A stretch of 63,557 nucleotides of DNA, counting the filler, from Chiloscyllium plagiosum (taxonomy: Eukaryota), in the NCBI RefSeq assembly GCF_004010195.1. It is 3 parts of one record of this genome, joined end to end, with 100 filler letters (N's around TTAATTAATTAA, not from the genome) between each part and the next. Parts side by side here need not be neighbours in the genome. Positions count along the whole stretch, not along the records: positions 37,178 to 63,557 come from NC_057717.1; 2 more parts are not named here. One strand, given 5' to 3'. Both the position numbers and the translations under genes were made by a program. The stretch's first letter is position 1; each line of letters opens with the position of its first letter. Positions 49,690 to 63,305 of this stretch are shown here, piece after piece. Below the pieces are notes generated by a model that worked only from the letters and a program-made list of their open reading frames with translations, did not search any database and was not told the DNA's origin.

Positions 49690-50690
49690 CTGTTTACTGA
49701 CAAGCTTATCTCAACATTCTCACTACAGGGTCAAGGAAACAGTTTCTTTGTCACGAATGCTCCTGTCTGCTTCGAAATGGTATCCTTTGTTTTAACCGTA
49801 CTTTCAAGTCTGCTGTTCGCAATAGCATTGTAAATGTAACTCTTGTTATGCTGTAGCTTAGTCACACCACGTCCAATATACTTCAGAACTTCCTTGTTCT
49901 TCTACTCCACGCATCTCTTCATAAACATAAGGATCCATTAAGTCCTTCTATACAACAGTTTCAACTTGCCTGGCCATTTGTAATTTCCAGTCTTCTGTGT
50001 CCCTCTCTCCTTATATTTACCAGTCCTCCCGCACTCCAAAATATCCTGAAAGATCACCAGCAATGCCTCCATAATCACCTTCGGTATCTCTTTAGAACTA
50101 CGGGGTGTTCTCCAACTGGTGTCGCTGATTGATCCAACTTCACCTTCCCCAGCTCCTTCTCCTTACTGGTGGTCACTATACTCACCTCTACCCTCTGTAT
50201 TCAATTCCTCTGCCATTTTATTGCTTCCCATAACTATTCAAGCTTCATTTTCCAACATTCCTTTGTTTGTTCTTTACTCCCTGTCTTCCTTGTTATATAT
50301 CTAAAAATCTCTTTCAATTTTTTTTACACGCTTAACAAGCGTAATATCAGATTTCACCCTCTCCTCCCATTTGCTGTTCTTAGTTATCCGTGCTGGAATT
50401 TATAGGCTTCGTAATCCTCTAGATTCCCAATAATCTTCACCACATTGTTCGCGTTTTCTTTTATTTTTATGCTGTCCCTGAGTTCGTTATCACTCACGGC
50501 TGCTTTTTCTTCTGCTGAATATCTTTCTTCTTACTGGGGATGAATTTCTGATGTGCTGCTGAATTATCTCCAGAAACTCCTGTCATTGCTTCTTCACCAT
50601 ATTCCCGTGCTCAGCTCCCCTTCCAACTAACTCTGGCCAACGCCACCCTCATGTCTTTTTAATTACATTAATCAATTATAAGCCATCTCA
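49690..50690 (-). mobile_element. Degenerate CR1 fragments
   Basis: Pyrimidine-rich reverse complement of CR1 ORF2 linker and RT segments. Confidence 0.55.
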
Positions 50691-51578
50691 TCCAAAAGTG
50701 AGCAATAGATGTAAACTGAAGGAGGGAGGTTTGAGACATGGGACACGAAGAATGATTGGGGGATTTATTAACTAGATGGAAAGACAGAGACAGAGAGAGA
50801 CAATATAGACGTGGAGACGTAAAAATAGGGAAGTCTACATAATTGATAGAATTAGATGTGCTTCTGTATTTGGTTTGACAATTCCTGTGTGCTGTGGTCC
50901 TTTGTACACTATACGTGCAACAGATTAATCTGATGAAATCCTGGATTTGATGCCAGAACTTTTATCTCCATCAATATGACAGGCACCAACTGTTGACAGA
51001 ACACAGTATATGTTTACTGGTAGAAAATGGATTAACTGAAACAAGTTGGAACACCAGAAGCAGGAATTTATAACATCCATCCGATAAGAATGGGAGATTA
51101 GATCAGGGAATGCCAGAAAGGGGCAGGAGGCAGACGGTCCGTTGAGAGTAGGGGAACATAACATCTCAGCTGAAGATTAAATAACATATTAATATTTTAT
51201 AAATTTTGTACATCACATGCATCATGTTTGTTAAGTATGTCTGTCTTGTTCATTCTGAATATGTTGCACGCATATGAACAATCTTATCTATCTGCACACT
51301 CACACACACACAGACACGCGCACACGCACACGCACCAATCACTGTTCAGCCATTCCATTTGAAATGATTCTGTTTTGTTTACATTGTCACTTGCCATTCC
51401 TTCTTCTGAATATATTCTTTTTATTTCACTGGTAAGAGCTGTGAGAGTAAAATCCAGGGAAATCTGTATTTCTTGTGTATGTTCAGGGCAGTTGTGCCTA
51501 GAAGCAGTTTTTATATTTGAAGTTGTTGTGGTGGAGGAGACTTCAGTGTAGTAACAACATCTCGATTGACGCTGGGTA

Positions 51579-51633
51579 ATGATGACTATTCAGGCAGGTT
51601 ACTATCCCGTCCTCGCTATTGTTGGTGTTCCTG
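51579..51633 (+). CDS. GPR139-like: Second GPR139/GPR142-like first coding exon (short or frameshifted N-terminus; possibly pseudogenic)
   Basis: MMTIQAGYYPVLAIVGVP+G followed by donor G|GTGAGT at 51633|51634; IQAGYYP.LA.VGVP shared with 6063-6237; intron 51634-52020 aligns to the reverse complement of 5640-6062; in-frame TGA at 51567 upstream. Confidence 0.7.
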
Positions 51634-52329
51634 GTGAGTCGATCTCTGCCCATTTACTAATTCTCTAATGCGTTGTGAATGTCATTGTTTTCTCTGTAGT
51701 GTATATTTGGCAAAGATCCAAACTACTGTCTTCGCTTTCAATCACAATTTCCATTTCTATACCATGAATTTCATACCCCTCGCTTACAAGCATCTGAGGA
51801 GAAACGAAAGTGTTCATAACCACGATTACCCCATTTTATCCTGAACTGATTTATATCTCAATATTCCGTCTACCACAAAACCTGTCCACTCCCACCCTCA
51901 CAATATCACTTCTGCCTCAACACTGTTTCTCTATAAACCATCATCCACACCTTTCCAGTTACAAGTCTTTTCTGGCAACTCTTCTCGTTACAAATATTTT
52001 GATCACAAACTTTTTCTTACCTCGAACTGGACCTATGCCAAGTGCAAATTGTGAAGTCAGTTTGATTCTAAAATGAGTTTCAATATAACCTGTAACCTCA
52101 CACGAGGGAGAGGACTATGCTGTCAGTGACCAGGAACTGACAGTTTCATTGGACTGACTTGATTCTCGAACTTTCTGAGCAGGAGTGGGTGTCACGTCCA
52201 TCATCTCCAAATTGCAGTGTTCCAATGTATTCACACAGTGACGGAATCCATCTCTGCCTGCTGCTGAGGGTAATACCTTCGTGATGTCTCCATAATGGAA
52301 GGTACCAAAAATCTTCCAGAAATAATATG

Positions 52330-53600
52330 GGACAGATTGACTGGTGAAAATAAGAACATGATTAGAATTAATAAAGTGAACTTACTCAAACACTAATTGA
52401 ATTGAAGGTTGGCAAGTTACTGCACCAAGTGAGTTCCATCCGAATGTTCTGGGAAGTGGCATGTCAGCTAGTGAATGAGGTATAGAGTCATTCTGGACAG
52501 AAACAAACGCTTCGGTCCAACCAGTCCATTCTGACGATTCCAATTCCAAACTAACTTAGTCCCACCTACTCGCGGTTGGCCCATATCCGTCCAAACCTTT
52601 CCTATCCATGTACTTATCCAAATATCTTTTAAACGTTGTAACGACAAGAAAGAAGTATTGATTACCCTGCAAATTTCTTTAGACTCTGGAATTTCTCGTT
52701 TCTGCAGACTGGAAAGTAGTTATTGTCATCCTAAATATTTAAAACCGGCGTGGGAGGTAAAAAAAAAAGTACCTTTATGTTAGGTCTGAGGAAAATATTG
52801 GAACATTTTATGAGAAATTTTATAACTCGACACTTGGGAAATCATGATGTGACTTGGTTAAGTGCGCTTACACTTAGAAACCGGAAATCGTCGTTGAGAA
52901 ACATGTGGAGTTTGTGTTAGTTGATACATCCACAAGAGAGAAAGAGTGGGAGTGGTGTATTTGAATTCGCAGAATTCTTTTTTTACATTGTTGCTAACAA
53001 GTGAGCAAAGGAAGTTAGAGTTCATTGATACGATGCAGACGGGGTGATCTGGATATACCACATGGATTGAGAATTGGTCAGTGGAAGCAATACAGAGCTT
53101 CTTGCACTTTTATGGACTGAAGGCAGTTACTCATGGGATATCACACGTTTCAGTGTTTGAACCACAACAATTTGCAAGGCATAGAAATGATTTGGTTGTG
53201 AGAAATAAACAGTATGCATCTCATTTTGTATTGATTAAATAGTATAATATTGAGAAGTGTTGTTTTTCAAAAGGACCTGAATGTCCTTGATCATGAATCA
53301 CCAAAAATAGCACAATTCAAGGCCGTAAGTATTAGTATCTTATATAGTATGCTGCCCTGCATTGTAATATGATTCAAGTGCATACATAAAGCCGTCTTCC
53401 CGTATTTGTAGGGCCTTGATGAGAGAGTATTTGGGGCACTGTGAAGAGGTGTGATCTCCTTTGTAAGGCACGATCTCATTAACACAGACACAACTCAAGC
53501 CAGTATTAGCAGTCTAATCCATGAGATGATGATTCCATGAGGAGACAGTGATGGAAATGAGTATTTAATCTGTCGTGGAGGAGACAAAGAGCGATGATTA
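52330..53600 (+). mobile_element. Old internally deleted CR1 in the GPCR intron, with a younger CR1 3' tail (minus strand, about 52480-52640)
   Basis: Highly decayed RT-like sequence, with paralogous copies at 6900-8300 and 3790-4280. Confidence 0.6.
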
Positions 53601-53949
53601 CGCTGAAACGTGAGGGTTAGCGTCTATCACATATTTCTAAAAGAGACATTGTTAGGGTGAGAAATAATTAATTTATTAGATTTATTGTCACATGTGCCTA
53701 AGTCCAGTGAAAGCTTTATTTACGAGCAGTACAGGCAGATGACAGTTAGCAAGGACGCACAGATCATAGGGTGAAAAATAAACTTGGACATAGTAAGGTG
53801 TGCAGGTTACAATGCGCAGGACATTCAAAAAAAATGATCAACATGAACAAGATCATCATTATTTTGGGTTACAGAGTCCATTCATCAGTCTAAAGAGTAT
53901 CCCTAATACTTTATGTGCCTGAATGATCTCTCCACACATTAATGTGCCG

Positions 53950-56860
53950 TCGGCATGACGTCCTACAAGACAACTTTAGGGACTTAGGAACCAACTTAAC
54001 AAAGTAGGAACTCGGAGGTAGTAATCTCAGGATTGCTACCAGTGTCAAGTGCTAGTCAGCGTAGGAATGATCGAATAATCAGGAAGAATGTGTGGCTTGA
54101 GAGATGGTGCAGGAGGGAGGGTTTCCGATTTTTTGGATATTGGGACCGGTTCTGGGGGAGGTGGGACTATTCCAAATTGGACAGTCTACATCTGGGTAGG
54201 ACTGGAGCCAATGTTCGATGGAGTGCATTTGCTATCGCTGTTGGGAATGGTTTAAACTAATGTGGCAGGGGATCGGGAAACAAATCTTTTTGGTGAACAG
54301 CAGGGAGGTAGTAACTAAAGCCTAAGTAACTAGATAATGAAATCAGCATGACTGAGGGAAAAGGAGGCAGGAAGCGGAGGATGAACACAGAGGGACTTGT
54401 AGTTTTAATGCAAGAAGTATAGTAGGTAAGGCAGATCAACCTAGGGCTTGGAATAGTATCTGGGAATATAATGTTATTGATGTTACTGAGACTTGGTTGA
54501 GGGAATGGCGTGATTGGCAACTAAATATCCCAGGACATTAATGCTTCAGGCAGGGTAGAGAGGAAGGTACAGGGGGTGGAGAAGAAGCGTTACTGGTCAA
54601 AGAAGATACCAAAACTGTGCTGAAGGAGGGCACCATGGAAGATTCGAGCAGTGAGGAAATATGGGCAGAGCTCAGGAATAGAAAGCGTGTAGTAACAATG
54701 CTGGGATTGAACAACAGGCTTCCCAACACTGATCGTGGTACAAATATGTAAATAGATCACAGAAAGATGTGGGAGCAACAGGATGGTGGTGATTTTAATT
54801 TAATTTTCCCAACATTGACTGGGATTCACTTAGTGTTAGAGGTCTAGATGGAGCAGAATTAGTAAGGACCATCCAGGAGCATTTTCTAGAGCAGTGTAGA
54901 AATAGTTCAACTCGGGAAGCGGCCATGACAGACCTGGTGTTGGGAACTGAGCCCACCCAGGTAGTGGAAGTTACAGTGGGGGATTACTTTGGAAATAATG
55001 ATCACAATTCCTTTAGTTTTACAATAGTCTTGGAGAAAGATGAGAGTGGTCCGAAAGGAAGAGTGCTAAACTGGGGGAACGCCAACTATAGCAAAATTCG
55101 GCAGGAGCTGGGGAACGTGGATTGGGAAAAGCTGTTTGAAGGGAAATCCGCATTTGATATGTGGAAGGCTTTTGAAGAGAGGTTAATTAGTGTTCAGGAG
55201 AGATTTGTTCCTGTGAAAATTATGTATAGAAATGGCAAGGTTTGGAAACCATGGATGACAAGTGATATTGTGAGACTAGCTAAAAAGAAATAGAATATGT
55301 ACATAATATCTAGGTGAATGAAGATAGAGGAAGCCTTTGAAGAATATTGTGAATGTAGGACCAATCTGAAGTGAGGAATTAAGAGGGCGAAAAGGGGTCA
55401 TTGGATATCGTTAGCCAGCAGGATTAAGGAAAACCTTAAAGCTTTTTGGTCACATATAATGAAAAAGAGGGTAGCTGGAGAAAGGCCCACTCAAGGACAA
55501 AGCGGGAAAGATATGCTTGGAGGCAGAGAAATCGGGAGAGATTCTTAATGAGTACTTTGCATCAATATTCACCAAAGAGTGGGGCTTGGTGGATGTTGAG
55601 GTTAGGGAAAGATCTTTGATTACACTTGGTCAAGTCTGCGTAAGGAGGGACGAAGTGGTTTGATTTCCAAAAGACATCAAGAAGGACAAGACCCAGTTCT
55701 GGATAGGATGTATCCAAGGTTACTGAGGGAAGCGAGAGAGGAAATAGCTGAGGCTTTAACAGATATTGTTGCAGCGTCCTTGAACACAGGGAAGGTACCT
55801 GGGGAATGGACAATTGCTAATGGTGTCTCCTTGTTTAAGGAATAATCCAGGAAATTACAGCCCTGTGAGCCTGACGTCAGTGGTAGGGAAGCTACTGGAG
55901 AAGATACTGAGGGATAGGATATATACCTATTTAGAAAGCAATGACTTCTCAGTGCTAGGTAGCATGGCTTTCTGCAGGTAAGGTAATGGCTTACAAACTT
56001 AATAGAATTGTTTGAAGAGGTGACAATGTTGATTGATGAGGGAAAAGGTATAGATGTCATACAGATGGACTTTAGTAAGGTATTCGATAAATTTCCCCAT
56101 GGTAAGCTGATGAAAAAGGTGAAGTTGCATGGGTGTTCTAGCTATACGGATAAAGAACTGGTTAGGTAACAGGAGACACAGAGTAATGATGGAAGGGAGC
56201 TTCTCAAAATGGATATCTGTGACAGTGGTGTCCCACAGGGGCCCTTGCTGGGACATTGGTTTTTGTGGTATACATAAATGATTTGGAGGAAGGTGTAGCT
56301 TGTTTCATTAGCAAGTTTGCAGGTGACACTAAGATTGGTGGAGTAGCAGACATTGAAGGGGACTGTCCGAGAATACAGCAGAATATAGATAGATTGGGGA
56401 GATGGGCAGAGAAATGACAGATGGAGTTCAATTTGGACAAATGTGAGGCGTTGCATTTTGTACGATCCAATCCAAGAGCGAACTATACAGTAAATAGAAA
56501 AGCATTGGGGAAAATTGATGTACAGAGACATCTAGGTCCATTGTTCCCTTTAGGTGGCAAGGCAGATCAGTAGAGTGGTGAAGAAGGTGTACGGCAAGAT
56601 TTCCTTCATTGGACCGGGTACTGAATATAAGATTTTGCAGGCCATGTTACAGTTGTATAAGACTTTAGTTTAGCCACATTTGGAATACTGCATACAGTCT
56701 GGTCGCCACACGAGCAAAACGATGTGGATGCTTTGGAGAGGGTGCAGAGGAGGTTCACCAGGATGGTGCCTGGTATGTAGGGTGCCAGCCATGAAGAGAG
56801 ATTGAACAAATTGGGATTATTTTCATTAGGTCGACGGTGGTTGAGGGGGAACCTGATCCT
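53950..56860 (+). mobile_element. CR1 LINE with ORF1 esterase (SGNH/GDSL) C-terminus, endonuclease and RT, degenerate
   Basis: ORF1 NVWLERWCRREGFRFFGYWDRFWGRWDYSKLDSLHL; endonuclease NARSI, ETWL and DYFGNNDHNS; RT DFSKVFDKFPHG and VPQG, with a mutated FAGDTK. Confidence 0.92.
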
Positions 56861-59420
56861 TGGATGGCGAGGGATATTGAGGAGCTGATAAGGACTTAAA
56901 GAAGGCATACATTGGGTTTAAGATATCAGGATTAAGTCAATCCTTAGATGACAACGCAAAGTGTAGAAGCACCCTTAAGAGGGGAATCAGAATCCCAAAA
57001 AAAGGACATGACATGGATCTCTCAGAAAAGGTGAAAGATATTCCCAAGAGGTGCTCTAGCCATATTTAGAGTAGAAGCGTCACTCAGGATATAATAGGTC
57101 CCTTTACTGATGAGCATGGCTGTCCTTGTGTGGAATCACCAGGAGGTGGGGGAATTGTTAATGAATATTTCTTCTCCATGTTTAATCAGGAGCAAATGAT
57201 GCTTACTAAGGAAATAAGGAAAGCAAGTGGGAATGTTTTGGTCTACATGCATATTATCAGAGTGGAGGCATTTGCTACCTTAAAGCACAATAAGGTGAAT
57301 AAATCCCCTGGGCAAGAACATGTCCATCCCCGGATGTTATGGGAGGTTAGGGAAAAAAATTGCAGAGGCTCTTGCACAGATTTTTGCTTCATCGTTTGCC
57401 ACTGGAGTGGTTCCATTGTTTAAGAAAGGTAGCAAAGACAAGCCAGGGAGCTCTTAGTCAGTGAGTGGGATATCAGTGTTAGGCAAGTTGTTGGAGACGA
57501 TAATGAGAGACAGGATGAACCAACATTTATAAATGCAAGGTCTGATTAGAAATAGTCAGCATGGATTAGTGTGCTGGAAATCATGTCTGACGAATCTTTT
57601 AAATTGTTTCAAAGAGATAACCGTGAGAGTAGATAAGGGTATGACAATGGATTATTTGTATACGGACTTTAGTAAAACGATTGACAAGGTCCCATAAGGC
57701 AGGTGAGTCAGTGAGTTTAGGTGACATGGTATCCAGAGAGAGCTAGCTAATTGGATTCAAAGTTAGCTCGATGGTAAGAAGCAGAGGGTGATGGTAAAAG
57801 ATTGTTTCTCAGAATGGAGGTCTATAACTAATGGTGTGCCACAGGTGTCGGTGCTGAGACCTTTGTTATTTGTTATTTACATAAATGTTCTGAATGTGAA
57901 TATACAAGGCATGATGAGGGCCATACGACATAGGAACAGAAATTGAAATATTCAGCTCATCGAGTCTGCTCCACTGTTCAGTCATGGTTCATAAGTTTCT
58001 TAACCCCATTCTTCTGCTTTCTCGCCAGAACCCTTGATCCCCTTAACAATCAAGAACCTGTCCATCTCAGTCTTATATATACTCATTAATCTGGCCTCCA
58101 CAACCTTCTGCGGCATTGAATTCCATGGATTCACCACTCTCTGGCTGAAGAAGTTTCTCTTTATCTCCGTTCTAAAAGCTGTTCCATTTACTCTAAGGCT
58201 GTGCCCTCGGGTCCTAGTCTATTCTACCAATGGAAACATTTTCACAACATCTATTCTGTCCAGACTATTCAGTATTCGGTAGGTTTCAATTAGATCTCCC
58301 CTTATCCTTCTAAAATCCATTGAGTAAAGATCCAGAGTCCTCAAAGTTTCCTCATATGTCAAGCTTTTCATTCCTGGGACCATTCTCGTGGAACTCCTCT
58401 GAGCACATTCCAAGGGCAGTACATCTCTTCTGAGATAAGGCGCCCAAAACTGCACAACATACTCCAAGTTCTCCCAAGAAGATTGCTACATTTATGGAGG
58501 ATACAAAATTAGGTGCTATCGTTGATAGCCATGAACATTATCAGAAATAATAGAGGGATTTTAATCTGATGGGGAAGTGAGCTGGGGATTGGCAACTGCA
58601 ATTAAATACAGATAAGTTGGAGGTGTTACACTTTGGAAAGAAAAACAAAGATTGAACTTATACAGTAAATGGTCAGGTTCTGTGGAGTGTTGTGGAACAG
58701 AGGGACCTCGGATCACAAGTCCATATTTCACTGGAAGAGGCATCACGCGTAGAAAGGGCGGTAAAAAAGGCATTTAGCATCCTGGCCTTCATAGTTCAAA
58801 GCATTGAATATAGGAGTTGGGACATTATGCTACCATTCTGTAAGTCGTTGGTGAGGCCACACTTGGAGTATTGTGTACAGTTTTGGTCATCCTGTTAACC
58901 AGAAACGAGTGCAAAGAAGTTTGACAAGGATGTTGTCAGGACTAATCGGCCAGCGTTATAAGGAGGGGTGGGCCAGGTTCGGATACCATCCCTTGGAATG
59001 TAGGAGAATGAGGGGGTATTTTATGGAGATACATAATTTACGTGGGCAATAGATAGGATGAATGCATAGAGTCATTTTTCCAGAGATTACGGACTGAAAA
59101 CTACAGGGCATTTTTTAAGGTGAGAGGGGAAAGATTTAAGAAGGACCAGAGGGCCAACTTCATTATGCAGAGAATGTTTTTTAAATGGAATGGAGTGCCA
59201 GAAAAAGTGGTTGAGGCAGGTACAATCGCAACATGTAAAAAATGAATTGATACATAGATGGGAAGGGTTGAGAGCGATATGGTTCAAATGGGGGCAATTG
59301 GAATTAGTTGAGTGGGCAGCATGTTCAGCACGGACCAGTTTGGGCCGAAGGACCAGTTCCCATGCTCGATCACTCTATGACTCAGAAGGACCAGTTCCCA
59401 TGCTCGATCACTCTATGACA
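56860..59420 (+). mobile_element. Second CR1 ORF2 remnant with nested antisense CR1 3' fragment (about 57920-58470)
   Basis: KSPGQEHVHPRML and LVRPHLEYCVQFW; nested minus-strand ORF EYVVQFWAPYLRRD...DLIETYRIL; a 35-bp tail segment is tandemly duplicated (about 59348-59420). Confidence 0.9.
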
Positions 59421-59439
59421 CTCCATTTAAGCCAGTGAC

Positions 59440-59640
59440 ACAGTGACACTCCGGCTTACACCATGCCACACCACGTCACTGTCAGGGGGACACTCTGGGC
59501 TACATCAGCTCACACCATGTCACTGTCAGGGGGACTCTCTGGGCTACACCAGCCCACACATGTCACTGTCAAGGGAACACTCTGGGCTATACCATCCCAC
59601 ACCATATTGCTCTCAGGGGGACACTCGTGGATACAGCAGC
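59440..59640 (+). repeat. Minisatellite of about 44 bp (about 4.5 units)
   Basis: Repeats of cacaccatgtcactgtcagggggacactctgggctacatcagc. Confidence 0.85.
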
Positions 59641-59649
59641 CGACATCAT

Positions 59650-61260
59650 CTCGCCTTGCAGTGGCTTCTATCATTTGATTTTCAAAGTTGCAGATGTTAT
59701 CTACCTGCTTGGTAATGTTCTCTATGAGGTCAGTAATCCCCATCATACAATTGCCCTTTACTATGGAACAAGCCCGACCCTCTTTGCCGTGTAGGTAGTC
59801 GAGGGCATACCGGTTTTTCTGAGGAGATAGACGTAATTCCAACAGCATGTCCTTACCTCCTGCTAAGTCCAAGCGGTCTCCTTGCCCAAGCGGGTAAGAC
59901 CATAAATAAGATAGTTTCAATTTTCATTGCTAATAATTCCTGCAGATTCTCCTCAGGAAAAGGTACTGAGAAATGTATAAGCCAGAACCTGGGCTTTACT
60001 GTTACCCAAAGCCATACCACCCCTCCTATGCGCGCAGAATACAGGTCAAACTGAACGTTTAGTAGGGAAACCCCAACCCCATTCCCAGGTAGTTGGGCAG
60101 GGAACAGTAGTTATGAAAATTGCCCCTACAGCTACAGCACAGAGATTACCTATTTCATTAAGAACAATGAAGTTAGTCACTTTGTCTTGGCTGACAAAAA
60201 TAATATCCGGGTTTAGTTTAGATAATGGAGGGGGCTTCACAATATGAAGCAGGCCTGTCTTTGTGACTCCCCTGAAAATATGGGTAGTCCGTAGCTGCAA
60301 GATATGGTCGCACTGGGCTCTTAGGGTGAAGGCTGTTCAATAAAAAGTGGTGGGTCTTTCAGTCAGAGGTGTGATTATTGTCCCAGATTGGTTCATTCCA
60401 TCCCACAATTGAGAAGATGGAGGTGCTGTTAGGGGTCTCATAGTAAGGTGTGTGCCATTAAATACCACACAGAGCCTGAATATCCACAGTAACAGAGACA
60501 CACTCCTCCAGTAGGCATATGCAAGAGATGCGAGGCGCCACAGGGACGCAGTAGCGGTTGGTAAATTGGACCAAGGCACATGGAATAAACATAGTCACAT
60601 TCACTTAAGTGCATCCCCATCCTGTGCAGTTGTAACAAATTGGATAGGCTTCCCTGGACTTATTATAGGAATTCCACAGGCTAGCAGGTGTGGATAAGTA
60701 ATAATCAAAGGAAAGATATAACCTATAAATGCCTAACAGGTATTCCATACTCCGCAGTTGGGATTCAGGAGGGGGAAAGGGGTCAAAGAATCCTTTGCTG
60801 ATGTGTGGACGTAACGCACCACTTCATTTTGGCTGAATATTTGATGATGGCTTTGCAAAAGCAAATTGTTAGTGAAGGACAACATCTCCCCCTTTCTCTT
60901 TTACGACGTGCCGATTTAGGCCTCTTTGAGTAGAGGCAACGCTTACCAGGGACACCGAAAACACAACCGACATCAAACTGGCACAAAACACCTTGACAGG
61001 GTAAAGCCCATTGCGACTTGTTCTGTAAATGAACTGTCCGATCTTCTTGGTGCAGTTGACCATTGCAGCAGTCATTCTTGGTAACATTCCATGCATCGAA
61101 GGAATCAGTTTCTCGGGCACGTAAGGACATCATTTCAGCTTAATCGGGACGTAGTTTCTGGTTGCTTAGAATCACACGGGTAAACAAGCCCCCTCTTCAG
61201 CACGAATGCCGGCGACAAAGAGTCCACATAACAGGGTAAGTTCGATCTTCAGCTTAATGG
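59650..61260 (-). mobile_element. env: Endogenous retrovirus env remnant (gamma/epsilon-type TM)
   Basis: Immunosuppressive-domain-like QKNRYALDYLHGKEGRACSIVKGNC...ITDLIENIT; putative SU/TM site PTKR|SV near 60055; upstream RRKR near 60900; hydrophobic leader IELTLLCGLFVAGIRA near 61200-61250. Frameshifted; membrane anchor lost. Confidence 0.82.
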
Positions 61261-61430
61261 TCGCTCTGCATTAAGGATTAGAGTATGTAAAACATGAGAA
61301 GAATTATGATTCGAAACTTGCAGGTATATCATAGTAGTCTGGTTTGTTTTCAACTGATTCCGGTTTGTCTTCCAGTTCCCCATCGTCTCCATCTCCATCA
61401 TCACCACCACCACAACCCCCCGGAAGGAGC

Positions 61431-62190
61431 TCATCTAATGACCTTGGAGCGATGAAGGTGAACCCAGGCGGAATGCCCGGCGACCTTTGCAGCAGGCAGG
61501 CTGGTGTGGAGACCCTGGAAGGGCCCTTGCCATTGAGGTTGGAGGCTGCAGCTTGTCCAAATCATAATGAGAATAATAGAGTTGGGAAATTCCACAGTTG
61601 GGATATTGTTGAGGGAGGGGAGCAGCACAGACCTTAGAGTGAAGATCTCCCAAACCTTTGGTCAAAGAAAGAACACAGGAGGACATATCCTCAGTCATGT
61701 GTTTGAAAGGAATAGGGGAGGAGGCATCATTCCAAGGCGAGAGTACAGTTTGACCTCGGATGATTTCGGCTGGGGACAAGCGAGTTTTCCCCACAGGGGT
61801 TTCTTGTAGGTGGAACAATACCAGAGGCACCACCCTAACCCAGGAAAGACCTGTTTCAGAAGTCCATTTGGTAAGTTTAGTTTTCAGACTCTGATCACCA
61901 TGCTCCACGAGCCCTGCAGCCTGTGGGCAATAAGCACAATGAAGTTGGTGGTGGATCCCAAAATGAGAGCATAAGTCCTCATTAATATCTCCAATAAAAT
62001 GGGGGACATTGTCAGAACGTAGGCAAAAGCAAATACCAAAGCAGGTAATAATCTCCTTGAGTAAAATATTTACATCAATTTTAGCAGTAGCGTTGGAAGT
62101 GGGGTAAGCTTCAACCCATCAAGGAAAAAAAAATCAACAATGACCAAAACATACTTATAGTGCTAACACCTTTGCAACTCAATGATGTCT
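61431..62190 (-). mobile_element. pol: Endogenous retrovirus pol integrase remnant
   Basis: YKYVLVIVD, LLKEII..FG, SDNVPHF, HCAYCPQAAGLVE, LKTKLTK, LSPAEII and LQPQWQGPFQ...AKVAGHSAWVHLH (GPY/F-type C-terminus). Confidence 0.9.
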
Positions 62191-62249
62191 TTAAACATCT
62201 TTTGCAATTAGCAATATTTTGTCAGAGGTCGACTCACACTTTCCAGAGA

Positions 62250-63305
62250 AAATAGAACATAGAAAGTTCAGCACAGAACAGGCCCTTTGACCCACGATGT
62301 TGTGCCGAGATTTAATCCTAATGTAAATTATAGTAGCAACCTATGTACCCCTCAACACACTGCATGTGCATGTCCAGCAGTCGCTTAAATGTCCCCAATG
62401 ACTCTGCTTCCACCACTACCAGTGATAACGCAATCCTTGCATTCATAACTCTCTCTGTAAAAAAAAACTATCTCTGACATCTCCTTTATACCTTCCTCCT
62501 AATATCTTCAAACTATGAGTTCTAGTACCAGTCATTCCTGCCCTGGGGAAAATTCTCTGCCTATTGACTCAATCTGTTTCTCTCATTATTTCGTACACCT
62601 CTATCTGGTCTCCACTCTTCCTCCTTCTCTCCAGAGAGAAACGTCCGAGCCCATTCTTCATAAGGCAAGTCCTCCAGTCCAAGCAGTATCCTGGTAAACC
62701 TTCTCTGCACCCTCTCCCAGGCCTCTGTATCTTTCCCATAGTAGGCTGACCAGAACTGGACACAATATTCCAAGTATTGCCTCACCAGGGACTTGTAGAG
62801 CTGCAGCAAAACCTCACGGCTCTTAAACTCGATCCCCCTGTTAATGAAAGCCAAAACACCATATGCTTTCTGAACAACCCTATCCACTTGTGTGGCAACT
62901 TCGAGGAATATATGTACTTGCACACCCAGATTCCTCTGTTCCTCCACACTGCCAAGAATCCGGTCTTTAATCCTATATTCAGTATTCGAGTTGCACCTTC
63001 CAAAATGCATCACTTCACATTTATCCAGGTTGAACTCAATCTGCCATTTCTCAGCCCAGCTCAGAATTCTGTGTCGCGCTGAAGCCTGCATAGCCCTCTA
63101 TACTATCAACGGCGCCTCCAAACTTTGTGTCATCTGCAAATTTACTAACCCACCCCTCAACCTCCTCATCCAAGTTATTTATACAAACTACAAAGAGCAG
63201 AGGCCCAAGTACAGAGCCCTGCGAGACCCCACTTAACACTGTAGTCCAGGCAGAATACTTTCCATCTACAGCCACTCTCTGCTTTCTGTCAGCCAGCCAA
63301 TTCTG
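62250..63305 (-). mobile_element. CR1 LINE RT C-terminus and 3' UTR
   Basis: SQGSVLGPLLFVVCINNLD...KFADDTK; ORF 62561-63091; tail ttctatgttctat. Confidence 0.93.
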
